Origin: a bacterium
GTDB lineage: Bacteria; Hydrothermota; Tepidihabitantia; SM23-42; JAOAFX01
Length of the DNA stretch: 64,000 nucleotides
Direction of reading: 5' to 3'
Assembly: GCA_049700315.1 (NCBI GenBank)
Contig: JBNAVN010000002.1
Coordinates: 22,002-86,001, forward strand
Shown: positions 10,150 through 19,972 of the stretch, in pieces
Layout of the letters: each line of letters begins with the position of its first letter
Numbering within the stretch: the stretch's first letter is position 1
Position numbers and translations under genes: made by a program
The notes under the pieces: model-generated
Databases searched by the model: none
Told to the model about the DNA's origin: nothing
The model's input: only the letters and a program-made list of their open reading frames with translations

Positions 10150-11247
10150 TCATTTGACCAAAACTATTTTTGTAATAGATTTACAACCATTGATTTTCGC
10201 AAAATACACTCCATTCTGCAGTTCAGACATATCAAATTTTTGAATCCTGCAGGTAATTCTCATCTTCTTCGCAAGTCTACCCACAGAATCGTAAATCAAC
10301 AAATCTCCGCTATCTTTTTCTGAGTAAATTATAGCCCAACCACTTATTATTCTGGGTTGAATATAAAAAACTGGTAGCTCATCCTGACCCGCTTCTTCCA
10401 ATGCAACAAGTGGTCCAAAATATATTGAACCTGCAGAACCATTCTCACCATTGCCAAAACCACCAAGACCACCATTGCCACCTGACACTGACAAATTCAA
10501 GTTGTTTGTATCAACAACTGTGTAGAAGACCTTTATTCTACCACCACCTGCACCACCACCACCGCCACCTGCTGCGTCACCTCCAGCACCACCCTTTGCC
10601 AGCACGGTTGAATATCTAAGTCTCACAGTATCAGCCTGCATTTTTACACCGCCACCAGAACCACCACCACCTGCTTCATAACTTCCATCATTACCGCGCA
10701 AGCCACTGGAAAGAATAGACGAAGTATCAACTATTATTTTCTGCGCCTTCAAATATATCAATGACCCACCTTTTCCACCAAAACCATCTACTGAACCAAG
10801 TCTCCCTGCCCCACCCCCTGAACCCATATTGATTACTGTATCACTGATGTTTCCGTAAGGAGCTCCACCAGCACCAGGGTCCAAATCACCACCTTCTCCA
10901 CCAGCACCACCATATGCACCACCTCCACCTCCGCCTCCAACTCCTGCATGTCCATATCCGGGTCCATAACCATCAGGATGCGTATTAGTGCCACCAGCAT
11001 AACCCATACCTGCACCATCAATCATTGAATTATGGATATAAATAAAAGGTGCCTGCAAGATTACCTTTCCGGTTGAGTCAGTTCCATTCCAAGACCGAAC
11101 TTTCAATATAGTGTTATTCGTGAGATGAACCTTTAAATTGTACTGGTGATAACCACAGATAACAAGACTATCATCACTTATCAACAAACTATCACTATCT
11201 TCATAGATATAACCTACAAGAAAGATAATGAAAAATAAACTTGTCAT
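10150..11247 (-). CDS. glycine-rich secreted protein with T9SS C-terminal sorting domain
   Basis: Signal peptide present. Long Gly-rich repeats (GGGGGGGAYGGAGGEGG...). C-terminus ...NGVYFAKINGCKSITKIVLVK is typical of a Por/T9SS CTD. Confidence 0.6.
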   Translation of the reverse strand: MTSLFFIIFLVGYIYEDSDSLLISDDSLVICGYHQYNLKVHLTNNTILKVRSWNGTDSTGKVILQAPFIYIHNSMIDGAGMGYAGGTNTHPDGYGPGYGHAGVGGGGGGGAYGGAGGEGGDLDPGAGGAPYGNISDTVINMGSGGGAGRLGSVDGFGGKGGSLIYLKAQKIIVDTSSILSSGLRGNDGSYEAGGGGSGGGVKMQADTVRLRYSTVLAKGGAGGDAAGGGGGGAGGGRIKVFYTVVDTNNLNLSVSGGNGGLGGFGNGENGSAGSIYFGPLVALEEAGQDELPVFYIQPRIISGWAIIYSEKDSGDLLIYDSVGRLAKKMRITCRIQKFDMSELQNGVYFAKINGCKSITKIVLVK

Positions 11248-11323
11248 CGTTCCTCCTGCGTAATTATAGCAAATCTTTACTGAATGTCAATTGGTTGAAT
11301 CCTCAGATGGCTGAATGGTGCCG

Positions 11324-11351
11324 TTGACAAGCTGACTTTATTAAGTATAAT
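11324..11351 (+). promoter_or_regulatory. sigma70-type promoter TTGACA-N16-TATAAT ending 5 nt before ATG of 11357 (leaderless candidate)
   Basis: ttgaca at 11324-11329 and tataat at 11346-11351, seen directly. Confidence 0.45.
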
Positions 11352-11356
11352 TACTT

Positions 11357-12367
11357 ATGCTGAAGGAATTATGCGAGATAGAAGGTGTCAGCGGTGACGA
11401 AGATAGAATTCGCTCATTCATAAAAGAGAATATCTACAACTATGTTGATGAATTGACTGAGGATGCGTATGGCAATCTTATTGTCCGCAAAGGAAAACCG
11501 AAAAAAACAAAGGTCCTGCTTGCTGCGCACATGGATGAAGTCGGAATGATGATCACCGGGATAGAAAGAAATGGATTATTGAAATTTAAGACCATTGGAC
11601 TTCGCACCCAGTCCATACTTGCTAAAAGAATTGTCATTGGCGAAAAAAGGATACCGGGTGTAATCGGACACAAACCAATCCATTTGACCCAATCTGCAGA
11701 AAGAAATATTATTCCGGAAGTTAAAGAATTATTCATTGATATTGGTGCAAATTCCCGAGAGGAAACAGAAAAATTGATTCAGATCGGTGAGCTCGCAACA
11801 TTTGACACAAAATTTCGCAAAGAAGGTGACTTGATATATGGCAAGGCATTTGACAATCGTATCGGTTGTTATATTCTCATTGAATTGATAAAAAACACAG
11901 ACCTCAATGCCTACTATGCCTTTACAGTTCAGGAAGAAGTAGGACTGAGAGGTGCCCGAATTGTGGGATTTCGCATAAATCCTGATGTCGCCATAGCAGT
12001 GGATACAACTGGCTCTAATGAATTTCCAGAAAAAAAAGATGCTCCAGCATATCCAATCCTGGGCAAGGGTCCTGTACTAACTATTGCAGATGCCACAATA
12101 ATTTGCGACAAAAATCTACTGGGTATATTTGAGAAGACTGCACAAAAAAATAATATTAGATACCAGTATAAACAACCAATGATTGGGGGAACCGATGCTG
12201 GTGCAATTCATCTGACTCGTGAAGGAATTCCATCAGCAGTTTTGTCTGCACCTGCCCGATACATTCACTCGCCTCTATCAATCGCATCAACAAAAGACAT
12301 AAAAAATAGTACAAAATTACTTTATTTGACTGTAGAACAAATTCTAAAAGGAGCAAAATGGAATTAA
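11357..12367 (+). CDS. M42 family metallopeptidase (glutamyl aminopeptidase/FrvX-like)
   Basis: AHMDEVGMMI metal-binding motif; DNRIGCY; EEVGLRGA. 336 aa. Confidence 0.8.
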   Translation: MLKELCEIEGVSGDEDRIRSFIKENIYNYVDELTEDAYGNLIVRKGKPKKTKVLLAAHMDEVGMMITGIERNGLLKFKTIGLRTQSILAKRIVIGEKRIPGVIGHKPIHLTQSAERNIIPEVKELFIDIGANSREETEKLIQIGELATFDTKFRKEGDLIYGKAFDNRIGCYILIELIKNTDLNAYYAFTVQEEVGLRGARIVGFRINPDVAIAVDTTGSNEFPEKKDAPAYPILGKGPVLTIADATIICDKNLLGIFEKTAQKNNIRYQYKQPMIGGTDAGAIHLTREGIPSAVLSAPARYIHSPLSIASTKDIKNSTKLLYLTVEQILKGAKWN

Positions 12368-13353
12368 TCAAGAACCTTACTGAAATCTATGGTCCTTCAG
12401 GTCGTGAAGAAAAAGTCCGTATGCTAATAAAAACACAAATAAAAAAGATCTGTAAGGATATTACGGTTGATGCCTTAGGAAATTTGATTGCCCACATACC
12501 ACCTAAGAATGAGAAAAAGGCAAAAAAGATAATGTTCTGCGCGCATATGGATGAAATTGGTTTAATAGTTAAACACATTGACAAACAGGGATTTTTGAGA
12601 TTTGCCAGTGTCGGAGGTATTTTCCCGGAAAGAATTCTCCACCATCGTGTAATCTTTGAAAATGGCGTCACGGGTGTAATAGGGGTAGAAACAAAGTCAG
12701 AAACACCGAAGCCACCAAATCTTGATAATTTCTATATAGATATTGGTGCACAGAACAAGGAAGAAGCAGAAAAGATGGTCCAGCTTGGGGATATTGCATC
12801 ATTTTACCAGACAACAGAAATCATGAACAGAAAAATTGTATCAAAGGCACTGGATGACCGAATAGGTTGTTATTGTTTGATAGAAACGATGAAGAAAATT
12901 AGGAAAAATCACGCTGATCTTTATTTCGTCTTCTCCACACAGGAAGAAGTGGGATTAAGGGGTGCACGTACAAGTGCATTCAGAATCAGCCCTGATTATG
13001 CAATCGCAGTTGATGTTACTGGAACCGGCGATACTCCAGAATCACCCCAGATGGCGGTAAGTATTGGTAAGGGCGTTGCCATAAAGATAAAAGATAGCGC
13101 ATTCATCACCAGCCCGTTTATAAAAGAAAAATTCTTAACCTATGCAAAAAATTTGAGGATTCCACATCAACTGGAAATTTTGGAAAGAGGAACAACTGAT
13201 GCGGCAATAATCCAGTTAATTAAGGAAGGTGTTTTGAGTGGAGTCCTTTCCATACCGACCCGTTATATCCATTCACCAAATGAAGTCTGTGATCTGAATG
13301 ATGTAAAGGCAACAATCAATCTGCTGATTGCCTGCGCTGAAAAGGGTTTTTGA
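12358..13353 (+). CDS. M42 family metallopeptidase (tandem paralog)
   Basis: CAHMDEIGLIV, DDRIGCYC, QEEVGLRGA. Overlaps the previous gene by 10 nt. Confidence 0.8.
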   Translation: MELIKNLTEIYGPSGREEKVRMLIKTQIKKICKDITVDALGNLIAHIPPKNEKKAKKIMFCAHMDEIGLIVKHIDKQGFLRFASVGGIFPERILHHRVIFENGVTGVIGVETKSETPKPPNLDNFYIDIGAQNKEEAEKMVQLGDIASFYQTTEIMNRKIVSKALDDRIGCYCLIETMKKIRKNHADLYFVFSTQEEVGLRGARTSAFRISPDYAIAVDVTGTGDTPESPQMAVSIGKGVAIKIKDSAFITSPFIKEKFLTYAKNLRIPHQLEILERGTTDAAIIQLIKEGVLSGVLSIPTRYIHSPNEVCDLNDVKATINLLIACAEKGF

Positions 13354-13359
13354 TAATTA

Positions 13360-14124
13360 ATGAAAAAAGGATATTCAATAGTGTTCAGTTCTACAAACTC
13401 TTCTATATCCCGGCATTTTTTCCTGTCAAAAACGGTTTTCTTCAGTTTGGTCGTTTTATTTCTGCTTTTGCTGGCATTCTTAGTTGTGGGATTCGTAAAA
13501 TACGGTACACTTTCATATCGCATAATAGAACTGGAGATATTAAAGAAGCAAAATGCTGAAATGGAAAAAGAATTTGGCAAACTGGAAGCGATCAAGAAAA
13601 GATTAGCACTGACTGAAGCAGAAAACCAGAAGATTAGAATTATGCTGGGTATTGATAAGACACCTGCTGAAGTTACTCCATCTATTGATGAAGTAGAGGA
13701 AAAATATGAAAAGAAAATGAACAACCAGGAGAAAGCCGAAAATCTTCCTTATTTATTACCGGTAATGGGACAGATTTCAAGAAAATTCAGTGAAGAGCAT
13801 AAAGGCATAGATATTGCCGGACCCCTTTACTCACCAGTAATATCAGCAGCGAGTGGTACAGTAATAACCGTAGGTTGGGATTCACTCTATGGAAATTACG
13901 TTGTTATTGAACACAGTTCCAACTATAAAACTTTTTATGGGCATTTGAACTCAATTCTTGTCAAACACGGAGATGTAGTAACAGGTGGCAAGATCATTGG
14001 CACACTCGGTTCAACAGGTCAATCAACCTCACCCCATCTGCATTACGAAGTGATTTTTCAGGGAAAATCTGTTGACCCAATGGTCTATTTACCCACAAAA
14101 ACGGAAATAAAAGGAGGTTTATGA
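13360..14124 (+). CDS. M23 family peptidase (LytM/EnvC-like) with N-terminal TM and coiled coil
   Basis: HKGIDIAG...YGNYVVIEH...GSTGQSTSPHLHYEV are M23 active-site motifs; coiled-coil region upstream. Confidence 0.8.
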   Translation: MKKGYSIVFSSTNSSISRHFFLSKTVFFSLVVLFLLLLAFLVVGFVKYGTLSYRIIELEILKKQNAEMEKEFGKLEAIKKRLALTEAENQKIRIMLGIDKTPAEVTPSIDEVEEKYEKKMNNQEKAENLPYLLPVMGQISRKFSEEHKGIDIAGPLYSPVISAASGTVITVGWDSLYGNYVVIEHSSNYKTFYGHLNSILVKHGDVVTGGKIIGTLGSTGQSTSPHLHYEVIFQGKSVDPMVYLPTKTEIKGGL

Positions 14125-15077
14125 AAGTTTTGATCACAGGCATTTCTGGCTTTGCCGGCAGCCATCTTGCTGATTACCTCTTATCACTTAACAATGTTGA
14201 AGTTTTTGGAACAATCAAATGGCGTTCAAAAATAGACAACATTGAACACATTCTTGATAAGATCAAATTCTATGAATGTGATATCAAAGATGCTTCAGCA
14301 ATAAAGTATGTTATCAATGAGATTAGACCTGACTTTATTTTCCATCTTGCTGCTCAGAGCTATGTTCCTTTTTCCTGGCGTGCTCCTTCTGAGACTTTGA
14401 CAACAAATATCCTGGGCGAGTTGAATCTATTTGAAGCAGTTCGGGAATTAAAACTTGATACAATGATCCACATTGCGGGTTCAAGCGAAGAATACGGACT
14501 TGTATACCCTGAAGAAATACCGATAAGAGAAACAAATCCCTTAAGGCCATTGAGTCCTTATGCAGTAAGCAAGGTTGCTCAGGACCTGCTTGGTTATCAA
14601 TACTACAAAAGCTATGCTCTAAAGATCATAAGAACAAGGGCATTTAACCATACTGGTCCAAGGCGCGGTGAAGTCTTTGTTACTTCCAACTTTGCCCGAC
14701 AGATAATTGAAATTGAAAAGAAAAAAAGAGAACCGGTTATCTATGTAGGCAATCTTGAGGCAGTAAGGGATTTCCTTGATGTGCGTGATGTTGCAAAGGC
14801 ATACTTTCTCGCTTTGAAAAAAGGTACGCCAGGAGAAGTCTACAATATTGCTTCAGGCAAAGGAGTAAAAATAAAAGAGTTACTTAATACAATGCTCAAA
14901 ATGACCAATTGCAATCTGAAGGTCATTCAAGATCCAGCCCGTATGAGACCATCGGATGTTGAGTTGCTCGTTGGCTCAAACGAAAAATTCAAGTCCACCA
15001 CTGGCTGGCAACCGGAAATTCCATTTGAAAAAACAATTAAGGATCTTCTTGATTACTGGCGGTCAAGAATCTCATGA
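14121..15077 (+). CDS. SDR-family NAD-dependent epimerase/dehydratase (GDP-sugar dehydratase/reductase-like)
   Basis: Rossmann motif ITGISGFAGSHL; catalytic YAVSK; 318 aa. Confidence 0.75.
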   Translation: MKVLITGISGFAGSHLADYLLSLNNVEVFGTIKWRSKIDNIEHILDKIKFYECDIKDASAIKYVINEIRPDFIFHLAAQSYVPFSWRAPSETLTTNILGELNLFEAVRELKLDTMIHIAGSSEEYGLVYPEEIPIRETNPLRPLSPYAVSKVAQDLLGYQYYKSYALKIIRTRAFNHTGPRRGEVFVTSNFARQIIEIEKKKREPVIYVGNLEAVRDFLDVRDVAKAYFLALKKGTPGEVYNIASGKGVKIKELLNTMLKMTNCNLKVIQDPARMRPSDVELLVGSNEKFKSTTGWQPEIPFEKTIKDLLDYWRSRIS

Positions 15078-16015
15078 ACCGAATTCTGATTACTGGTGCT
15101 GAAGGCTTTGTTGGTTCCCACCTGATAAAAGTCTTGAAAGAATCTCTTGATATCATTATTCCTACCTGTTTCCCTCTACTGAAACCTAAACGAGGGAAAT
15201 TTGTCAGTATGGACATAATGAATATTGAAATGGTGCGTGAGGTTTTTAAGTCCCATAATCCTGATATCATATTTCATCTTGCTGCTGTTAGTTCGGTTGC
15301 CAAATCATTCCTTGATCGTCCATTCACTTACAATACAAATATTATGGGCACGATCAATCTTCTTGAAGCGGCGCAGTCTCTTAATAAAAAAACCAAATTC
15401 ATCTTTGTTTCTACATGTGAAGTTTATGGTGGCGGTGATAATCTAAAAGAAGATGCAAAAATCACCCTGAAAAATCCTTACGCAGCAAGCAAGTATGCAT
15501 CCGAGCTAATTTGCAGTGAATACGGTAATTCAGGTATAGACATAGTCATCTTAAGGCCATTTAATCATACTGGACCCGGACAATCAGATGACTTCGTTCT
15601 TCCTTCAATTGCCCGGCAGGTGGCTGAGATTGAACGTGGCAAGAAGATACCGCTAATTGAAGTAGGTAATATTGAAATAAGAAGAGAATTCATAAATGTT
15701 ATGGATGTGGTGCTGGCTTACAAACTTGCCATAGAAAAATGCCCTAACGGAGAGATCTATAATATCTCTTCAGGCAAAGGCCATACCCTTGCTGAAGCCA
15801 TTGACCTTTTCAAGAAACTGGCAAAAGTCAATTTTGATATCAAAGTTGATCCGTCCCGCCTGCGTAAGACTGACATTGCAGTGCTTATAGGCAACGGCGA
15901 AAAATTTTCAAAATTGACCGGTTGGGTCCAAAAAATCTCATTTGAAAAGACAATTGAAGACCTGTTAAATTACTGGCGTGCAAAAACACAAAATTCACGC
16001 AGACAAGAACATTGA
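15074..16015 (+). CDS. SDR-family NAD-dependent epimerase/dehydratase (tandem paralog)
   Basis: ITGAEGFVGSHL; YAASK. C-terminal EKTIEDLLNYWRAK parallels EKTIKDLLDYWRSR of the upstream gene. Confidence 0.75.
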   Translation: MNRILITGAEGFVGSHLIKVLKESLDIIIPTCFPLLKPKRGKFVSMDIMNIEMVREVFKSHNPDIIFHLAAVSSVAKSFLDRPFTYNTNIMGTINLLEAAQSLNKKTKFIFVSTCEVYGGGDNLKEDAKITLKNPYAASKYASELICSEYGNSGIDIVILRPFNHTGPGQSDDFVLPSIARQVAEIERGKKIPLIEVGNIEIRREFINVMDVVLAYKLAIEKCPNGEIYNISSGKGHTLAEAIDLFKKLAKVNFDIKVDPSRLRKTDIAVLIGNGEKFSKLTGWVQKISFEKTIEDLLNYWRAKTQNSRRQEH

Positions 16016-16060
16016 AAAACAAAGATATGAATTTTCCCGTTTTTGTTCCTTATTTAAATT

Positions 16061-17152
16061 ATGAATATTTTGGTAATTAATTGGCAGGATTGGCAGAATC
16101 CCTATGCAGGCGGCGCCGAGGTGTATTTTTATGAGATATTTGTGCGTTTGCTTAAAAAGGGCCATAAAATTATGCTTCTTTGCAGTAAAGGACCCGGGCA
16201 GAGCCGTTACGAGATTCTTGAAGGCTTTGAAATTTTTCGTATTGGTAAGAGATTCAATTTCAATTTCTATATACCGTTTGCTCTTCGCTCAATACTACGA
16301 CATAGAAAGGTTGATATCATCATTGACGACCAGAATAAAATTCCATTCTATTCCCCGCTTTATTCGCGAAAAAAGAATTTCATAATGATTATGCATCTTT
16401 TTGGAAAAACAATCTACAAAGAAACCAATTTTGCCTTTGCAAGTTATGTATTCGGAACCGAGCGGCTTATTCCAATGATGTATCCTCACTCCCATTTCAT
16501 TGCCATTTCTCATAGCACGGCTGAAGATTTGAAAAACATGGGCGTGAAAAAAAGAATATCTGTTGTTTATTGTGGAATTCCTGAAGTCACCAATGATTCT
16601 CCTGTTGTGCGCCAGAAAAACCTTGTTGCTTATGTCGGTCGTGTTAAAAAATACAAGTCCATTGATCACCTGATTTATGCCGTAGATAGATTAAGAAAAG
16701 AAATTTCTGTTGAACTGACTGTCGTTGGTGATGGCGATGCCCGGCAGGAATTGGAAAAACTCAGCAAAAAACTGAATTTGCCGGTAGATTTTAGAGGATT
16801 TGTAGATGAAAGAGAAAAATATGAGGTGTATTATCGGGCCAAGATCATTGTTCAACCTTCTATCAAGGAAGGCTGGGGGTTGACAGCAGTTGAAGCTCAG
16901 GCCTGCGGGACACCTGTGGTTTGTGCCGATTCACCGGGGTTAAAAGAAACCCTTATTGATGGAAAGACTGGTTATTTATATGAATATGGGAATATCAACC
17001 AACTGTGTAGCAGAATCAAAGATTTGCTTCTTGATGACAATAAATGGCTTGATTTCTCAAACGCTGCGCGCAGGTGGACAAAAAAATTTTCCTGGGATAA
17101 TTCAGCGGAAACAATGGAAAAGATCCTTTTGGAAAAAAGCAGTACTGTATGA
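16061..17152 (+). CDS. glycosyltransferase family 4 (GT-B)
   Basis: EGWGLTAVEAQACGTPVV...GLKETLIDGKTG is the GT4 EX7E-type motif. Confidence 0.8.
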   Translation: MNILVINWQDWQNPYAGGAEVYFYEIFVRLLKKGHKIMLLCSKGPGQSRYEILEGFEIFRIGKRFNFNFYIPFALRSILRHRKVDIIIDDQNKIPFYSPLYSRKKNFIMIMHLFGKTIYKETNFAFASYVFGTERLIPMMYPHSHFIAISHSTAEDLKNMGVKKRISVVYCGIPEVTNDSPVVRQKNLVAYVGRVKKYKSIDHLIYAVDRLRKEISVELTVVGDGDARQELEKLSKKLNLPVDFRGFVDEREKYEVYYRAKIIVQPSIKEGWGLTAVEAQACGTPVVCADSPGLKETLIDGKTGYLYEYGNINQLCSRIKDLLLDDNKWLDFSNAARRWTKKFSWDNSAETMEKILLEKSSTV

Positions 17153-19407
17153 ACTTTGCAGTAATTCTATTCTCCATAATTGTTAATGAACCCTGTTTAG
17201 TCTTTTTTTCTCTACCCGATAGTCTTACTGATTTTTCCATTGCTCTCCAGAATTACGAAAAAGGCAATTACCGAACCGCTCAGGTCCTCCTGGAGAATTT
17301 TGTTAATGAAAATCCTGATGATACTTTGGTTCCCGAAGCAACCCATTATTTGCTGAAAATCTATGACCAGAAAAACGATTTCACAAAATTCTTTGCTACC
17401 GCAAATCGCTATTTAGAATCTTTCAAATACGATAGAAGAAGAGGTGATATTTTCAATCTACTTTTGAATAAACTTGTGAATACCAATTCATTTTTTCTTG
17501 CTTTTGCATATCTCAGAAAATATGACTATTTGCCTGTTAATGACGCGCTTATCAGTCTCATAGTTTTGAACCTTGGAACCCAGGGTTTTTGCCTTGACGA
17601 ACTGCTACAACTATATCCTGAATACGATTCATTGAAGATACTAAAAGCCCTTTCTCTTGAAAATCTGAAAGACCGACACGAAATATTCAAAACGATTAAA
17701 AACATCAAAGGAAAATTGTACATAATTGAAAATTATCTCGCCTCGGAAGACACCGTCAGCGCCTTTAATGAATACCGAACTGTGAAACTTGAAGAAATCC
17801 CTGCAGATATGCTCTATCAATGGGCACAGATATCACTCGTCCTCAACCCGTCTGACTTAGCAAACATAATTTCTCATATGCAAATATACCCATTCATGAA
17901 AGAAAAGATAAAAATTCTGAATATTTTTGTCACGAATGAATTACCCGATGATATTAATATTCAGGATAAAAAGGACATAGATGTCATTCAGAAGTTCATC
18001 AGGACCCACCACATTGATTCAAACCGGCTATTTCTGCCCGAAAGCATCAATATTGATTCAATTCTTACTGATACTACGAAGGCCGAAGACATTCTTGTAT
18101 TTTTCAGGGAAAATTCACCGAGAAATTTCTGCCTGGATTCAATATACTGCACATTATTATTGAAAAAACAAAGATACTCTGATGCTTATGATGTCATCAA
18201 AGAATATCTTGAATATCCTGAAACAAAACATTATGCCCGGATGGTCAGGGCACTAAAGTGTTTTGGAGAAAAAGACTACAAATCGGCGCTTAATGATTTT
18301 ATCTTCATTTCAAACAAAGACCAATTCTCTAAAGTGGTATATGCAGAATGCCTTCAATATACAAATCATGATCCATCAACGATCTACGAAGAATTGCTTG
18401 GTAGTTGCAGTGATTCACTGCTCCGCCAGAGAATCCTGAGCAACTACATCAGCCATAAATTCCAGAATTATGAATACTCGGCAATAGCAAAACTGGATCA
18501 AAAGGAATTCAGCGGTGATTCGCACCTGGTCAAACTCTATCTTTTGAGTCTTGTCCATAACGGCAAGAGAGAATATGCAAAAACACAATATGTAAAATTG
18601 AATGGTCAACTTGACCTTGATTTCTACATTGCTGAAGTACAATATCTCATTGAAAGTAAAAACTGGAAAAGAGCCAACTTTATCCTGGATTCATTACTGA
18701 ATATCCCGGCATATAAAAATAATGAAATCCTGAATTATAATGCCTGCCTGGTTCCTTTTCGCAGTGAAGACTACACACTTGCTGAAACTCGCCTTGCAAA
18801 GTTTTGCAAAAAATTCAAGAGTAGTAAATACTACTATCAAGCATTATTTAAATTGGGTACACTAAAATATTTAAGACAGGAATTTGATTCTGCCGCATAT
18901 TACTATGGTCTTGCCTCAAACGATAGTTCGTTATATATAGAAGCCACTCAGAACCAGCTGCTTGCCTGCAAAAAAGCAGAAAAATGGCAGGATGTGATAC
19001 AGATTGGGAAAAAACTTGCTGATATTAGTTCTGATTCAATCAAAGCAGAATTCCATTTTGAAATTGGCTATGCCTTTTTAAGACGTGGTATGGTCGACAA
19101 CGCTATTGTACATCTAAAAATGGCTACAGCGTTGAACTCACTCGTTGATTACCACTACTGGCTCGGTGAGGCATATCTAACAAAAGGTGATTTTGCAAGG
19201 GCACTGTATCAATACGAAAAGATTGTCAACAACTTCAAGAAAGATGAGATGTGGTATCCTACCGCCTTTTTTAAAATCGGGTTGAGTCTGGAAATGCTCA
19301 ATGAAATTCAAGAAGCAAAGAAAATATACACCACCCTCCTTAAAGAGCGGGGCGCGGCTGATGTCTGGGGTAGCGAAGCCAAAAAAAGACTGGAGTTGCT
19401 AAGATGA
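17149..19407 (+). CDS. large TPR-repeat protein
   Basis: 752 aa with multiple TPR-like helical repeats (e.g. WLGEAYLTKGDFARALYQYEKIV); N-terminal hydrophobic segment. Confidence 0.55.
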   Translation: MNFAVILFSIIVNEPCLVFFSLPDSLTDFSIALQNYEKGNYRTAQVLLENFVNENPDDTLVPEATHYLLKIYDQKNDFTKFFATANRYLESFKYDRRRGDIFNLLLNKLVNTNSFFLAFAYLRKYDYLPVNDALISLIVLNLGTQGFCLDELLQLYPEYDSLKILKALSLENLKDRHEIFKTIKNIKGKLYIIENYLASEDTVSAFNEYRTVKLEEIPADMLYQWAQISLVLNPSDLANIISHMQIYPFMKEKIKILNIFVTNELPDDINIQDKKDIDVIQKFIRTHHIDSNRLFLPESINIDSILTDTTKAEDILVFFRENSPRNFCLDSIYCTLLLKKQRYSDAYDVIKEYLEYPETKHYARMVRALKCFGEKDYKSALNDFIFISNKDQFSKVVYAECLQYTNHDPSTIYEELLGSCSDSLLRQRILSNYISHKFQNYEYSAIAKLDQKEFSGDSHLVKLYLLSLVHNGKREYAKTQYVKLNGQLDLDFYIAEVQYLIESKNWKRANFILDSLLNIPAYKNNEILNYNACLVPFRSEDYTLAETRLAKFCKKFKSSKYYYQALFKLGTLKYLRQEFDSAAYYYGLASNDSSLYIEATQNQLLACKKAEKWQDVIQIGKKLADISSDSIKAEFHFEIGYAFLRRGMVDNAIVHLKMATALNSLVDYHYWLGEAYLTKGDFARALYQYEKIVNNFKKDEMWYPTAFFKIGLSLEMLNEIQEAKKIYTTLLKERGAADVWGSEAKKRLELLR

Positions 19408-19928
19408 AACGCTGCCGGATCTTCAACATTAACTCACTACCCTGCCTACTGCTTATCATCAACTACTTACTGCTTGCTGTTTACTACTTACTAATTTCTG
19501 GTTGCTGTGGTTATTCTACTCGCTCTTTACTTCCCGGCTATATCAGAAAGGTTCATATAAAAATATTTGAGAATCAGACTTACAAACCAGGTCTCAATGA
19601 AATAGCAACCGAGACTACAATTGAGGCATTCCGCAATAACTCATCGCTTAAGATCGTCAGTGAGGAACAGGCAGACATTGTAGTAAATGGTAAAGTCACA
19701 GGTTTTTCTAAAGATCCTCATGTGTATACGGGTGCCCTGGATGTGACACAATACAAGATAACAGTCAAACTATCAGTAACCTGCCTTGATCAGGTAAAGA
19801 ATACAATCTTCTGGCAGGGTGATATTTCAGACTGGGCAATATATACGACTGACGAAGATGAAAGCATTAAGGAAGCAATCAAACGGGCTGCTGAAAGATT
19901 GGTGACTACGATATTGACAAATTGGTAA
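19404..19928 (+). CDS. lipoprotein, possibly LptE-like
   Basis: Lipobox-like LISGCCG; size 174 aa; position between glycan-synthesis genes. Similarity to LptE is weak. Confidence 0.35.
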   Translation: MKRCRIFNINSLPCLLLIINYLLLAVYYLLISGCCGYSTRSLLPGYIRKVHIKIFENQTYKPGLNEIATETTIEAFRNNSSLKIVSEEQADIVVNGKVTGFSKDPHVYTGALDVTQYKITVKLSVTCLDQVKNTIFWQGDISDWAIYTTDEDESIKEAIKRAAERLVTTILTNW

Positions 19929-19972
19929 GTATCGGCTTGACACAATTATTTTAATATCTATAATTATCTGAA

